A DNA stretch of 53,248 bases from Acaryochloridaceae cyanobacterium VAR_48_metabat_390 (GCA_031422435.1 JANPLU010000134.1:1-53248); one strand, 5' to 3'. Shown: positions 29,693-40,941, numbered from the stretch's first letter. The notes: generated from the letters alone by a model not told the origin. Translations and numbers: made by a program.

Positions 29693-30541
29693 ATGCAGCG
29701 TTTGAAGCAGATTCTGCTGAGTGTGGATAAAAACGATTCTGACTTCAGGGCGTCTGTCATTTGTCTGTCTGTAATGTCTTGCGTCCATTTTCTGCTTGGG
29801 CTCTATCTTGGAAAACAGGCTTTTCTGATGATGAGCTTACTTCTATGGGCTTCCATCATGATTCTGCTATGGGATAGACGCCAGCACTTTAAGATCAATC
29901 AAAATAAAGCCTCTCGTTTTTTAGGGTATGTGTTAGTCGCGGCAGTCTTAATCATTAGCATGATGCATCCCGGCGAAAAAATGCTTGGGTTTTTCCCCTT
30001 AGCTGCCTATTTAGGATGGTTCTTGATATTTATTGGGGCTGCACAAAGTAAATTCTATCTGAAGGAATTTTGCATTTTAGCCATTTTTGGTATCCCAAAA
30101 CTGGTGCCAGATACAGCCTTTGGGTTAGCGCCACTAACCGCAAAATTTGCAGCCTATGCACTTTGGTACCTAGGTTATCCAGTCTCTACAAATGGCATCT
30201 ACATTCAGGTGCCTAAAGGTGGTGTGGAGGTTGTGCCTGCCTGCTCTGGCATTAACCTTATTTTGCACATGCTCAGTATTTCGGTGATTTTTCTGTGTGT
30301 ATTCCCAACGCGGCGATCGCACCGCATTCCGTTTGCCATGCTTTCCATACTGCTGGGGTTTCTGATGAATGGCGTTCGGGTTGCGATGCTGGCAGCACTC
30401 TCCCCACCGCAATTTTCAGCGCAGTTCCATTATTGGCATAGCGCTAGTGGCGCAAGTCTTTTTGTGCTGCTAACACTGGTCATTTATGGTGTGCTTTACT
30501 TTAGCCCTCTCAACCCAACGCAGCAGCCAAAGTCGCATTAA
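29693..30541 (+). CDS. Cyanoexosortase A
   Basis: Multi-TM protein; VEVVPACSG (Cys), NGVRV (Arg), FHYWH (His) triad. Confidence 0.85.
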   Translation: MQRLKQILLSVDKNDSDFRASVICLSVMSCVHFLLGLYLGKQAFLMMSLLLWASIMILLWDRRQHFKINQNKASRFLGYVLVAAVLIISMMHPGEKMLGFFPLAAYLGWFLIFIGAAQSKFYLKEFCILAIFGIPKLVPDTAFGLAPLTAKFAAYALWYLGYPVSTNGIYIQVPKGGVEVVPACSGINLILHMLSISVIFLCVFPTRRSHRIPFAMLSILLGFLMNGVRVAMLAALSPPQFSAQFHYWHSASGASLFVLLTLVIYGVLYFSPLNPTQQPKSH

Positions 30542-30564
30542 TTTTTCTGGTTTCCTATTCAGGC

Positions 30565-31974
30565 TTAGTAAGCATTTTGATCTCCTAAAAAGACAAGCGC
30601 AGTCTTAACCAAAATCTGTAAATCTAGGCTTAAAGACCAGTTTCTAAGATACTCAAGGTCAAAATTGACGCGCTGCTGCATTTTGTCTAGGGTATCAGTC
30701 TCACCTCGAAGGCCGTTGACCTGCGCCCAGCCTGTAATGCCAGGTTTCACCTTATGGCGCAACATATAGCCACTAATAAGCTTTCGGTACATTTCGTTAT
30801 GGGCAACCGCATGAGGGCGCGGCCCCACTAAACTCATTCTGCCCTGCAAGACATTCAAAAACTGGGGCAGTTCATCTAAAGACGTTTTGCGCAAAATGGC
30901 TCCCAGCGGCGTAATCCGACTGTCGTTTTTGGTCGCCTGCTGAACCTTGCCGCCATCTTCCATCACCTTCATGGAGCGGAACTTATACACTAAGATTTCT
31001 TGCCCGTTTAGCCCATAGCGACGCTGCTTGAAAAGAATGGGCCCTGGAGAGGTGAGTTTAACTGCGATCGCAATTAGCAGCATAACAGGGGACAAAACGG
31101 CGATCGCCGCTGCTGAAATCACAATGTCAATTGCACGCTTGAGGACGTACTGAATTTCTGAAAATGGCACCTCCCAGACCGCAATCAAGGGAATTCCATT
31201 TAATTCATAAGAACGAGCATTCATTAAATTAAACATCAGAATATTAGGCACAAAGTAAACGCAGGCCGTTGTATCCTGTAGCTCTTTAATAAGAGTTGCA
31301 ATCACCTCTTCTTTTTCGGTCGTGCAGGCAATATAAACCACATCAATACTGTGTTCCCTCACGTATCGGGGCAATTCTTCTAACGACCCGATAGAGCGAC
31401 GCCCCGGAAATCGTCCAGGCGGCTCTTGAGTATGACCATCAAAAAAACCGTGGAGGCAAATGCCCAATTCCGGAGATTCCTGAATTTGGTTAGCTAAGTG
31501 GTAGCTGACGTCATTGATCCCCGCCAAAACAGCAGACCGCTGGTTTTTTCCAGCGGCTCTGACTGTACGCAAAAGCTGCCAGATCGTCAGATGAATGGTG
31601 AGCAACACAAGCGGCACGCAAATCGCCCAAGTTAACAGTAAAGCGCGTGGAAAGTCTTGAGAAGCTTGGGTTAAATAGCCTAAAAACAAGAGCGTTCCTA
31701 GTAAAATCACCCAACCACTCAACAGCCTAGGGCCTAGTGTCGTCGGAGACAAATTACGATATGGTCGATACAGCCCAACTCCCTTAAAGATAGGAAGCAT
31801 CAGCAAAAAGGTTGTAATGGACAAAACAACAATATGCTGTGTCTCGATGGGTCGGTCATAAACCCAAGCAATGATAAACAGCATCAAGATGGTCACGATG
31901 GGGTCCATCAGTCGCTGCATAACTAAAACTGCAGACGCATTTTCTCGGAGCAGCCCGTGGGTGTTATGTGTCAT
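30565..31974 (-). CDS. Undecaprenyl-phosphate glucose phosphotransferase (WcaJ-like)
   Basis: [35 protein letters not shown]. Confidence 0.93.
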   Translation of the reverse strand: MTHNTHGLLRENASAVLVMQRLMDPIVTILMLFIIAWVYDRPIETQHIVVLSITTFLLMLPIFKGVGLYRPYRNLSPTTLGPRLLSGWVILLGTLLFLGYLTQASQDFPRALLLTWAICVPLVLLTIHLTIWQLLRTVRAAGKNQRSAVLAGINDVSYHLANQIQESPELGICLHGFFDGHTQEPPGRFPGRRSIGSLEELPRYVREHSIDVVYIACTTEKEEVIATLIKELQDTTACVYFVPNILMFNLMNARSYELNGIPLIAVWEVPFSEIQYVLKRAIDIVISAAAIAVLSPVMLLIAIAVKLTSPGPILFKQRRYGLNGQEILVYKFRSMKVMEDGGKVQQATKNDSRITPLGAILRKTSLDELPQFLNVLQGRMSLVGPRPHAVAHNEMYRKLISGYMLRHKVKPGITGWAQVNGLRGETDTLDKMQQRVNFDLEYLRNWSLSLDLQILVKTALVFLGDQNAY

Positions 31975-32251
31975 CTTGATCCCTTACACCATCGGTTTAA
32001 TCGTGACTTTAACGGTCGCCAGAGTGAAGATCTAATATTTTTTGTATACAAAATAATATAACGATATTGGCTTAAGAGGTATTTCGGGGAGACAGCACCA
32101 GGAACTCAATAAAACAATAAGAACTACCTTGGTGTAATACTCTTCCCCTACAGAATAATCTTCGGAATTTATAAGAGCGTCAGTGTTAGGAGTTACTAAG
32201 GATTAGTGATAACAATCACAGGTAAGACCTGAACGCATGGAAGGATTAATT

Positions 32252-33337
32252 TTACTCGTGGTAGTTATAGGTGCTGTAGCCATGCTTCTTGATGAGAGAA
32301 TCCTTTTGGGCTGAGATTAAGTCTTCTTTAATCATTTCTGACACTAGCTGCTCAAACGTAAACTTTGGCTTCCAGCCTAGATTTTGGTGAGCTTTGGTTG
32401 CATCTCCTAACAGGGTTTCAACTTCTGTCAGACGATAATAGCGTGGATCAACTGCAACAATGCACTGCCCTGAAGCATCGTAGCCCTTTTCATTTTCGGC
32501 CTTTCCTTGCCAATTGATCTCAATATGTAGCTCAGCACAGGCTATGTTGACGAAATCTCTGACACTATGTTGCTGACCTGTTGCAATGACATAGTCTTCT
32601 GCTTCAAACTGCTGTAGCATAAGCCACTGCATTTCAACATAATCTTGGGCGTGGCCCCAATCGCGTAACGCGTCCATGTTGCCTAGGTATAGACAGTCCT
32701 GTAACCCTAGTTTGATGCGTGCTAGGGCGCGGGTGATTTTGCGAGTCACGAAGGTTTCACCGCGCAGAGGAGACTCATGATTAAACAAAATTCCGTTGCA
32801 GGCATACATGCCATAGGCTTCACGATAGTTGACCGTAATCCAGTAGGCGTAGAGTTTTGCGACGGCATAAGGCGATCGCGGGTAAAACGGGGTCTTCTCT
32901 GTCTGAGGAATTTCCTGCACCAGACCATAGAGTTCAGAAGTAGAAGCCTGATAGAACTTGGTTTTTTCGGTCATCCCCAAAATCCGAATGGCTTCTAGCA
33001 AACGTAAGGTGCCGATTCCATCCGTATTGGCAGTATATTCTGGTGTTTCAAACGATACCGCAACGTGGCTTTGAGCCGCCAAATTATAAATTTCGTCAGG
33101 CTGTACCTGCTGCACAATGCGAATCAGGTTAGTGGAGTCTGTCAGGTCGCCATAGTGGAGGAAAAATCGCCGATCTTTCTCATGAGGATCTTGGTAAAGA
33201 TGATCGATACGATCAGTGTTGAATAAAGAGGCACGGCGTTTAATTCCGTGGACTTCGTATCCCTTACTCAGTAGAAACTCCGCTAAGTAAGCGCCATCTT
33301 GCCCTGTAATGCCAGAAATCAGTGCAACTTTAGTCAT
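32252..33337 (-). CDS. gmd: GDP-mannose 4,6-dehydratase
   Basis: [27 protein letters not shown]. Confidence 0.97.
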   Translation of the reverse strand: MTKVALISGITGQDGAYLAEFLLSKGYEVHGIKRRASLFNTDRIDHLYQDPHEKDRRFFLHYGDLTDSTNLIRIVQQVQPDEIYNLAAQSHVAVSFETPEYTANTDGIGTLRLLEAIRILGMTEKTKFYQASTSELYGLVQEIPQTEKTPFYPRSPYAVAKLYAYWITVNYREAYGMYACNGILFNHESPLRGETFVTRKITRALARIKLGLQDCLYLGNMDALRDWGHAQDYVEMQWLMLQQFEAEDYVIATGQQHSVRDFVNIACAELHIEINWQGKAENEKGYDASGQCIVAVDPRYYRLTEVETLLGDATKAHQNLGWKPKFTFEQLVSEMIKEDLISAQKDSLIKKHGYSTYNYHE

Positions 33338-33378
33338 TATTGTGCGTAGTCTCCTTAATGCAGTTTTACTAAACAGGG

Positions 33379-33945
33379 TCAGACAGGTATGACAATACTA
33401 AAGTTTTTCGCTCCTAGGATAAACATCACAGGCCATCCTAACAGCCCAACGATGGCTAGACTTCCCAAAACTACAGTTATAAACAAGCATAAGCCGGCCT
33501 GAATCCAATGAATGTTATAGGCGTGACGGATCGCAGCTATGAGCGTTAGTCCAGTGCAAAATATAGTGCACAGCGTCATAAAAGCCCCGAAACTAGGCCA
33601 CCATCGCTGAGCAGAAATGGCTGGCCCCAGCAGAATAATGGGCCACAAGCCTTCCAGAATTTTTAACCCTGGATAAAATCTAGCATTCGGTGATTCTGAA
33701 GGTCGCGTTTGCCTAAACCATTGCCCCAATAAATCAATAGAAGCAATATACCAATAGCATCCTACTGCGCCTAACACAAGGAACAGCGCACTCAATCCAA
33801 TTAATCCACGAAAGCCTAGGTGAAGTTGTCCAGCGGCATTGAAGGCTAAAACAAGGCAAGTGCAAATTGGAGGCAGTAATGCAGCAAAAACGCTCCGCTG
33901 ACGCGCTTCACCACCAAACAAGATTGAGTCACATCCATTAAGCAT
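33379..33945 (-). CDS. Hypothetical multi-TM membrane protein co-transcribed with sppA
   Basis: Hydrophobic ORF starting 5 nt after the sppA stop. Confidence 0.65.
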   Translation of the reverse strand: MLNGCDSILFGGEARQRSVFAALLPPICTCLVLAFNAAGQLHLGFRGLIGLSALFLVLGAVGCYWYIASIDLLGQWFRQTRPSESPNARFYPGLKILEGLWPIILLGPAISAQRWWPSFGAFMTLCTIFCTGLTLIAAIRHAYNIHWIQAGLCLFITVVLGSLAIVGLLGWPVMFILGAKNFSIVIPV

Positions 33946-33950
33946 GAACC

Positions 33951-34916
33951 CTACTCCATGAGTGCAAGCGGCACTTTATCCCAATTCTGTGAGGCAGTCA
34001 GACTCGTGCCGTAGCTCATGCTGCTGCCGTCAGCGCCACTTAAAAAGGGCAGTACCTTCCCCAACAGAGAGCCAGAAGAGCCTTTCGTATAGTTGCGAAT
34101 GGTCGGCTCTTTTTTAAGGGCAGCCATTTTGACAGTTTGCTGCACCGCGTCCTGATAATTGCCGAGGGAATCGACCAGATTAGAGGCTTTAGCTTGAGAT
34201 CCGGTGTAAATGCGCCCATCGGCTAGTTTTCTAAGCTCTGGTAAGGCAATTCCTCGTCCTTCAACAATAGAGGCTAAAAACTGTTCGTAGGAATCGGTGA
34301 CAATCCCCTGAAGAATTTGGCGCTCATCGGCGGTAGCACTTCTAAATGGAGACAAAATATCTTTGAACTGACCACTTTGAACGGTGCCTGACTGTACGCC
34401 AAATTTATCCAGTAGACCACTAATATTTTGGGTGCGAATTACCACGCCAATAGAACCCGTGAGCGTAGAGGGGTTAGCAACAATATGGTTTGCGGCACTG
34501 GCGATGTAGTAGCCGCCAGAGGCCGCAACGTCTCCCAGGCTTGCCACAATTTTGATTCCGGTTTCTTTGCGAACGCGCATCAGTTCATGATACACAGACT
34601 GAGAGGCCGCAGCAGTTCCACCAGGGCTATTGATGCGCAGCAAGATGGCCTTAACTTTGTCTTTGCGGGCTTTTTGAACGGCTTCAAGCAGCGTGTTGGC
34701 ACTGGCTCCACCCGACGATCCAAATGCTCCTGCGCTGGCTGTATCGCTAATGCTGCCGTAAACGTCAATGAGTGCGATATCTGCCGCTCGACTTTGCTCA
34801 GAACCTCTCAAAGAAGACCCTAAAATCCAATTACCCAATGCGGCAACCAGGCAAATCACAATCAAAAGCGTAACGAGCAGACGGTTAAGGCGCATACGGA
34901 GTGAGTCCAAGTACAT
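33951..34916 (-). CDS. sppA: Signal peptide peptidase SppA, short (36K) type
   Basis: RINSPGG, AASGGYY, TGSIGV, DGRIYTG. Confidence 0.93.
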   Translation of the reverse strand: MYLDSLRMRLNRLLVTLLIVICLVAALGNWILGSSLRGSEQSRAADIALIDVYGSISDTASAGAFGSSGGASANTLLEAVQKARKDKVKAILLRINSPGGTAAASQSVYHELMRVRKETGIKIVASLGDVAASGGYYIASAANHIVANPSTLTGSIGVVIRTQNISGLLDKFGVQSGTVQSGQFKDILSPFRSATADERQILQGIVTDSYEQFLASIVEGRGIALPELRKLADGRIYTGSQAKASNLVDSLGNYQDAVQQTVKMAALKKEPTIRNYTKGSSGSLLGKVLPFLSGADGSSMSYGTSLTASQNWDKVPLALME

Positions 34917-35008
34917 GATTCAGCGTAGCCCAAAAGTCTGTGGGGAACATAGAATGCTGTTAAGTCCTTCGATGACGATTTGACTTGAGACAAGAACATT
35001 CAATTGCA

Positions 35009-35611
35009 ATGAGTATGCATACCGTGCCGTTAGGTGAAAACATTTTTGTCGCGAGCGTGTTTAAGATTTCGCCGCTGGTGCGCGGGGCGCTCTGGAGCCT
35101 ATATATTGCGCTGATGCTGCCGCTGCCTTTTTTAGCACGGCTAAATGGCACAGTAGATCCTCCCATGGCGTTTCAAGATTCTATGCTTTGGTTGGGGCTG
35201 GCGCTCATTAGCGGCGGTGTTTTGCTGCATATGGCATTGAGTGAGCAGGTGCATTTGAATGAGACTGGCATTGCGGTTTGTTACCCCTGGTGGGTGCCTA
35301 CCCCCCTTCGCCGAGATTGGGCTTTAGATTGGGCTGACATTGAAGATTTTAAGGCTCGCTCTACGGGGCAAGGGGGACTAGTGTACTATCTGGTTTCTAA
35401 AAATCGAGATGGCTTTCTGCTGCCGATGCGGATTGTTGGGTTTCACCGGATGTTAAGGCTGATTGAGATCAAAACGGGGATCAATACTCAGGATGTCAAG
35501 CCGCTGGCTCAGCCTTGGATGTATGCGGCGTTGCTGGGGGTGGCGGGTTTACTGGCGATCGCCGATTTCTGGGTCATTTATACTGTGCTAGCGCAGCCAG
35601 TCGGGGTCTAG
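35009..35611 (+). CDS. Conserved hypothetical membrane protein
   Basis: FKISPLVR, TGQGGLVYY, LLPMR, PLAQPWMY; TM segments. Confidence 0.7.
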   Translation: MSMHTVPLGENIFVASVFKISPLVRGALWSLYIALMLPLPFLARLNGTVDPPMAFQDSMLWLGLALISGGVLLHMALSEQVHLNETGIAVCYPWWVPTPLRRDWALDWADIEDFKARSTGQGGLVYYLVSKNRDGFLLPMRIVGFHRMLRLIEIKTGINTQDVKPLAQPWMYAALLGVAGLLAIADFWVIYTVLAQPVGV

Positions 35612-35618
35612 CCCTTTC

Positions 35619-36383
35619 ATGGATCACCCAAACACAACCCCAGGAATGGCTGAATTAGAACTAGAGCAAGTCAGCGTCATCAGTGGGCTAGGTCACACTC
35701 GTTTGCTCAACCAAATTTCGTTTCGCATTGAGCAGCCTGGTTCAAGAGTGGGCATTGTGGGGGCTTCGGGTTCTGGCAAAACGACGCTGCTGAGACTGCT
35801 CAACCGTCTGATAGACCCCACTGAAGGTCGCATTTTGTGGCAAGGCCAGCCGAGTAAAAATCTCCCAGCGCCCACTCTGCGTCAGCAGATCATGCTGGTG
35901 CCCCAAGAATCTCAGCTTTTAGGCATGACGGTTGAGCAGACGCTTGCCTATCCGCTCCAGCTTCAGAAGTTGCCCATGACAGAAATTCAGCAGCGAATGG
36001 CGCGCTGGGAGCAGCGTCTAGATATCCCTTCAGAATGGATGTCGCGGCAGGCACTAGAGCTATCGGTTGGTCAGCGGCAGTGGGTAAGTATATGTCGCGC
36101 TTTGATTGCACAACCTCAAATGCTTTTGCTAGATGAGCCGACCTCTGCGCTAGATCCGGGCAGAATTGAGCTTTTATGCAACATCCTTCGGCAGCTAAAG
36201 GGTTCTGTGGTGATTGTGAGCCACCAGTATTCGGTCTTACAGAATTTGTGCGATCGCATCCTCTGGATTGACCAAGGTCAACTGAGGCAAGATAAAGCCA
36301 TACAAGGCGTCAACTGGAGTGAAATTCAGACCGTGCTGTCTGAAAAAGCCGCTGCTTCCGCCGACTGGACAGATTTCAACTAG
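35619..36383 (+). CDS. ABC transporter ATP-binding protein
   Basis: GASGSGKTT, LSVGQRQ, LDEPTSALD. Confidence 0.9.
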   Translation: MDHPNTTPGMAELELEQVSVISGLGHTRLLNQISFRIEQPGSRVGIVGASGSGKTTLLRLLNRLIDPTEGRILWQGQPSKNLPAPTLRQQIMLVPQESQLLGMTVEQTLAYPLQLQKLPMTEIQQRMARWEQRLDIPSEWMSRQALELSVGQRQWVSICRALIAQPQMLLLDEPTSALDPGRIELLCNILRQLKGSVVIVSHQYSVLQNLCDRILWIDQGQLRQDKAIQGVNWSEIQTVLSEKAAASADWTDFN

Positions 36384-36390
36384 CCCTAAA

Positions 36391-37200
36391 CTACCCCAAA
36401 GAAACCTTTGGTGAAGCCTCTGCTCGATACCCAAAGCGCTGTTCCTCATGGGCAACAGTTGAGGAATCTTCGGGAGCCTGAGATTCGGACCACACGCGAG
36501 ACGGTTTAGCCCCAGTGGTCAAAAATTCTAGATTAAGGCGGTACCCCACATTGCGAACCGTTTGAATCAGTTGAGGCTGCTGTGGATCTAGCTCGATTTT
36601 TTTACGCAGAGAGAGAATATGCGTATCCACCGTTCGGGGGTTATCAATGTTGTCTGGCCACGCGCGCTGCAACAGCTCTAAGCGGCTAAGGGCAACCCCT
36701 TCAGCCTGGGCAAGCACATACATCAGGCTAAACTCCTGAGGGGTTAAGTCCATTAGCTCGTGGTTGTAATGCACCCGTCGCTGCACCAAATCAATGCGAA
36801 GGTCGCCATAGCGAAGCTGCACAGGAAGCGCAGATCCGCATCGACGGCTGACCGCCTCTACTCGCGCCAAAAACTCTTGAATCCCAAAAGGCTTTTTGAG
36901 GTAGTCATCGGCTCCCGCTTTGAGCGCGCTCACCACATCTACCTCGCTCACCAACGCCGAGAGCATCACGACCAGTGGGCGCTGCTGGCGATGAAGCCAG
37001 CGACAAAACTCTAGCCCGTCACCATCCGCCAAATCTGAATCGACGACGACTAAATCGGGCTGCTGGCGATGATACACGTCGCGTGCTTGTCGCACCCCTG
37101 AGGTCAGATGGACGGTGTACCCTGTCTGCTGTAGATGCCAGCCGAGGAGCGATCGCAGGTGCGGGTTGCCTTCAACAATTTGAATGTGGATGATGCCCAC
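36391..37200 (-). CDS. nrrA: OmpR-family nitrogen-regulated response regulator NrrA (Rre37)
   Basis: IVEGNPHLRSLLGWHLQQ N-terminus as in Anabaena NrrA; GTG start at 37200; NtcA promoter upstream. Confidence 0.88.
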   Translation of the reverse strand: MGIIHIQIVEGNPHLRSLLGWHLQQTGYTVHLTSGVRQARDVYHRQQPDLVVVDSDLADGDGLEFCRWLHRQQRPLVVMLSALVSEVDVVSALKAGADDYLKKPFGIQEFLARVEAVSRRCGSALPVQLRYGDLRIDLVQRRVHYNHELMDLTPQEFSLMYVLAQAEGVALSRLELLQRAWPDNIDNPRTVDTHILSLRKKIELDPQQPQLIQTVRNVGYRLNLEFLTTGAKPSRVWSESQAPEDSSTVAHEEQRFGYRAEASPKVSLG

Positions 37201-37241
37201 TACGTCCAACGTCCTTCATAGATTTGGAGCCACTGCCCCTT

Positions 37242-37283
37242 AAAGTAACAAAAAAAGACCAACCTTTCGGTAGTTGTAGTTAC
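37242..37283 (-). promoter_or_regulatory. Canonical NtcA promoter of nrrA
   Basis: GTAACTACAACTAC (minus strand, 37283-37270), 22-nt spacer, -10 box TACTTT. Confidence 0.85.
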
Positions 37284-37351
37284 TTAAATCCTTTCGTTGA
37301 AGAGACGCTTATGCCGTATTTGTTGTCTTATGACCGGAGATCAGACGCTTA

Positions 37352-37552
37352 CTATAGACCCAGCCAAGTTAGAAGAGATTGATGGGTCAAGACCTCCAGC
37401 AACAGCAAAATAACCAGCCCAATCATGGCAAAACGACCGTTGATTTGCTCTGCGTAGGCAGTCCAGCCTAGCTTAGGTTCGGGTTGACTCAGACTAAGCT
37501 TTTGAGGCTCCTTCTCATTAGACGAGCCAGGAACTTGAGGCAATGGAGTCAT
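37352..37552 (-). CDS. High-light-inducible protein (HLIP/CAB helix), in frame with sdhB and possibly with its own start
   Basis: MTPLP...[34 protein letters not shown] upstream of the ATG at 37552. Confidence 0.8.
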   Translation of the reverse strand: MTPLPQVPGSSNEKEPQKLSLSQPEPKLGWTAYAEQINGRFAMIGLVILLLLEVLTHQSLLTWLGL

Positions 37553-38608
37553 AAAAGCAGATCCCTTTGGCAATGACGTTCTTAGTTTAATCGTCTCAAT
37601 GAGCGCACCTACAGCCTGCGTACTTTCAGATGGCTCGAACGAGGCTGGAAATTTACCCTTCGCAAGCATTCGTATCCCCAAAGGGACTAAGCTCAACAGG
37701 CCGTTGAGATCTCGAAAGCGGTTTCCCATTACTATCAGCCCAAAGCGACGCTCATCAATCCAACCGCCTTGCGTGACTAAATCAATCATGGCTCTGCGAT
37801 GCCGAACAGAACGTGACTCTGAAGAGTCAGACGCTTGAGCCAATCGCTGAGTCTTAATTTGGGTAATTTGGTCAAGGGGTGCAACGTCCATTGGGCAAGC
37901 CGAATTGCAGTTAAAGCAGCGTGTACATCCCCATACCCCCGATAAATCTCGAGTATATTGGGTAAGTCGCTCAGAGGTGCGCTCGTCACGGGTGTCGGCG
38001 AGCATACGGTAGGCTTTTGCCAGGGCATGAGGCCCGACAAACTGTGGGTTAACGCTCTTAGCATTGCACTCCGAGTAACAGGCTCCACACATAATGCAGT
38101 TGCCCGCCTGATTAAGCGCTGCACGCTCAACCGGAGACTGCAAAAATTCGCGCTCTGGCGTAACGGCACGCGCTGCCGTACTCACATAGGGATCAACCTG
38201 CGCCAGATTTTGCCAAAATTGGTTCATTTCCACTACTAAGTCTTTAATGACAGGGAAATTATGGAGGGGCTGAATTTCAATGGTAGGCGGCGGCGACAGC
38301 CGTTCTTCGGGCTGTGCCGCACCCTGAGCAGCGATCGCAGCAGGATGGGCTAAAGCAGCCAGCTTTACCTCAGCTTGAAGGGTTTGCTTACAGGCGAGAG
38401 CAGGGCGACCATTCACCCGAATGGCACAGCTTCCACAGATGGTATTTCGACAGTTTTTGCGAAACGCAAGGGATCCGTCTTGTTCCCACTTAATCTGGTT
38501 GAGGCATTCCAAAATAGTGGTGTTGGGACTGGCCTCAAGGACAAATGTCTCAACCCGAGGGGAATGCTCCCCAACAGTCTGACGCTGAATCTGAAAACAA
38601 ACCTGCAT
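37352..38608 (-). CDS. sdhB: Succinate dehydrogenase/fumarate reductase Fe-S subunit with in-frame C-terminal HLIP domain
   Basis: [32 protein letters not shown]; last 66 aa carry [11 protein letters not shown]. Confidence 0.9.
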   Translation of the reverse strand: MQVCFQIQRQTVGEHSPRVETFVLEASPNTTILECLNQIKWEQDGSLAFRKNCRNTICGSCAIRVNGRPALACKQTLQAEVKLAALAHPAAIAAQGAAQPEERLSPPPTIEIQPLHNFPVIKDLVVEMNQFWQNLAQVDPYVSTAARAVTPEREFLQSPVERAALNQAGNCIMCGACYSECNAKSVNPQFVGPHALAKAYRMLADTRDERTSERLTQYTRDLSGVWGCTRCFNCNSACPMDVAPLDQITQIKTQRLAQASDSSESRSVRHRRAMIDLVTQGGWIDERRFGLIVMGNRFRDLNGLLSLVPLGIRMLAKGKFPASFEPSESTQAVGALIETIKLRTSLPKGSAFMTPLPQVPGSSNEKEPQKLSLSQPEPKLGWTAYAEQINGRFAMIGLVILLLLEVLTHQSLLTWLGL

Positions 38609-38691
38609 TCTGATCGCTCTCTATTTTGGGTTGAATTGTAACCTCATCCTCTATCGTAAAAGAAACCTCGGCTGGTGAATACTCTAAATTA

Positions 38692-39702
38692 ATGCCTGTT
38701 TATCTATTCTGGGGTGATGATGAGTTTCGTCTTCAAAAGGCGGTAAAGACGCTTGAAGATCGCGTTTTAGATTCGACCTGGAAAAGTTTTAACTATGACA
38801 AGGTAGAAAGCAGCGGCAGCGGCGCGTCCGGCACAGACGCGCTGATTCAGGGGCTTAACTTAGCGATGACGCTGCCCTTTGGACAGGGCGATCGCCTGGT
38901 CTGGCTGGTCAACCCGCCGTTGACAGGGCAAGACTCATCGGCCTTCTTGGCAGAGCTAGAGCGGTCACTGTCGGTATTACCCGCCTCTTCTCACCTACTG
39001 TTTACCTATGACGGTAAGCCCGATGGTCGCAGTAAAATCACAAAATCGTTACAGCAGATCGGCACTGTTGAAGAATTTACGCTGCCGCCACCCTGGAAAG
39101 CAGACGTTATTCTCAAGACGGTTCAGCAAACGGCAAAGCAGCTTAATGTGCCCATGACAGATGCGGCAGTAGAGCTTTTGGCAGAGGCCGTCGGTAGCGA
39201 CACCCGTCTGCTGTACAGCGAACTAGAGAAGCTAAAGCTTTATGTAACCCAGCCAGATGGCTCGGTGCGAACCGTTGACCCCGCCGTAGTGACGGCACTG
39301 GTGCATACCACTCAACAAAGTAGCCTAGAGTTAGCAAACTGGGTTCGCCAAGGCTCGACCGATAAGGCTTTGGGGGTACTCGACGACCTGTTGCGCCATA
39401 ATGAGTCGCCCTTGCGAATCTCAGCAACGCTGATTAAGCAGTTTCGGACGTGGCTATGGGTGAAGCTCATGCAGGCTTCTGGAGAACGTGACGAGCGCGT
39501 GATTGCGAAGGCCGCAGATATTGCGAACCCGAAGCGGATTTATTTTTTAAGTCAGGATGTCAAAGCACTTGCGCCAAAGCAGCTTCAGCAGACCTTAGCG
39601 ATTTTGCTAGCGTTAGAGGCGGCTTTAAAGCAGGGACAAGAGGCGAAAGGGACACTGCAAACCAAGGTGATTGAGCTATGCCAAGCCTGCCAAAAAAATT
39701 AG
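38692..39702 (+). CDS. holA: DNA polymerase III delta subunit
   Basis: MPVYLFWGDDEF, LPFGQG, ELEKL, NPKRIYFL. Confidence 0.92.
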   Translation: MPVYLFWGDDEFRLQKAVKTLEDRVLDSTWKSFNYDKVESSGSGASGTDALIQGLNLAMTLPFGQGDRLVWLVNPPLTGQDSSAFLAELERSLSVLPASSHLLFTYDGKPDGRSKITKSLQQIGTVEEFTLPPPWKADVILKTVQQTAKQLNVPMTDAAVELLAEAVGSDTRLLYSELEKLKLYVTQPDGSVRTVDPAVVTALVHTTQQSSLELANWVRQGSTDKALGVLDDLLRHNESPLRISATLIKQFRTWLWVKLMQASGERDERVIAKAADIANPKRIYFLSQDVKALAPKQLQQTLAILLALEAALKQGQEAKGTLQTKVIELCQACQKN

Positions 39703-39886
39703 TTCTCTACGATGGTGCAAACGGGTTAAATAAACCATCGGCAAGACTAACGACGTTAAACAGGGGCGGCGCAACGTTCGGCGTTACAGGATTAGTTCCC
39801 TCTGCATTTTCAGGAACTTCTGACTTAGGACACGCTTCAGTATAAAGAGAGAGATTAAGATTTTATTGCCTGAGTGATCGGCTGTC

Positions 39887-40351
39887 ATGACCTATTCTGC
39901 ATTGTTACGCCCTATGGTTTCTGGTTCTGCACTCAAAGGGTGGGGGATTTTTGTTTTGGTCTGCGGTGCATGGCTGACAGGCGCTGTGCCAAGCTGGTCG
40001 GGTCGAGTAGATTCACATGTGGTCTGGTCTTCGACGGCCTCTGCACAATCGACTGGCAAAATCCGCAGCTATGCTGGGGCTGTGCTAGAAATCGAGCCGC
40101 TCCGGAAAAAAGCCTACCGTGAGGTTCGTCGAGTGATGAATGGGAATTTGCCCAATGATGTTTGTCGTCAAGGTCAACTCCCTGGAAATGTCCGGTCAAT
40201 CTGTACAGACTTTTTTGATGAATCGGCCAACATTATTCGCAAAAACAATCTGTCGATTGGGGAATTTAATGAATTCACCCAAAGGAGTCAATCTGATTCA
40301 GGTCTGATGAACCAAATCCAGAAGGAGCTGATTCGTCTACAGCAGCGTTGA
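39887..40351 (+). CDS. DUF4168-like secreted protein
   Basis: YAGAVLEIEPLR, two Cys, L..IQKELIRLQ. Confidence 0.7.
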   Translation: MTYSALLRPMVSGSALKGWGIFVLVCGAWLTGAVPSWSGRVDSHVVWSSTASAQSTGKIRSYAGAVLEIEPLRKKAYREVRRVMNGNLPNDVCRQGQLPGNVRSICTDFFDESANIIRKNNLSIGEFNEFTQRSQSDSGLMNQIQKELIRLQQR

Positions 40352-40386
40352 TGACGCTGACAGTGGATGAGTTGATAAGCGCTCAA

Positions 40387-40857
40387 TTAGGGCGAGAGCA
40401 AGATGCCGGATGGCCCAAAACATCCTGCCATAATAATGCCTAAGATTGAGCCAGCAATAACCTGAATGGGCGTGTGCCCCAATAGCTCTTTAAGACGGTT
40501 TTCATTAAAAACCGGATGCTCTTGAAAAACTTCATCAATAATTTGGTTGAGGACTCGCGCCTGTTTGCCTGCGGCCTGTCGCACCCCTGCTGCGTCATAC
40601 ATGACAATAACTGCAAAAATGGTGGCGATCGCAAATTCAATGCCATCCCACCCTTTGACTTGCCCAACCCCAGCCGCTAAGGCCGTCACCAAGGCAGAGT
40701 GAGAGCTGGGCATACCGCCCGTCCCCACCAAAACGCGGAAGTTGATTTTACGGTTTTTTATAAACTCAAGCGGGAGCTTTAGGGCTTGGGCGGTAATGGT
40801 TGAGGCGATCGCCACCAGCAAAACGCGATTATGAATAATGCTGCCAAAGTCTTGCAT
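40387..40857 (-). CDS. Divergent PAP2 family protein (DUF212)
   Basis: GGMPSSHS, VMYDAAGVR, LKELLGHTP. Confidence 0.92.
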   Translation of the reverse strand: MQDFGSIIHNRVLLVAIASTITAQALKLPLEFIKNRKINFRVLVGTGGMPSSHSALVTALAAGVGQVKGWDGIEFAIATIFAVIVMYDAAGVRQAAGKQARVLNQIIDEVFQEHPVFNENRLKELLGHTPIQVIAGSILGIIMAGCFGPSGILLSP

Positions 40858-40941
40858 CGGTGCGAGTCCTAACGTCTCAAAAAGATGTAGTGCGTAAATT
40901 GGCAAAGTAGTTGTACCCAATAAACCAGACCAAAATGACCG

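Noticed and set aside
32042..32051. TTGTATACAA upstream of the wcaJ-like gene, identical to the palindrome near the porin promoter
   Set aside because: Single AT-rich 10-mer with no functional link between the loci; may be chance
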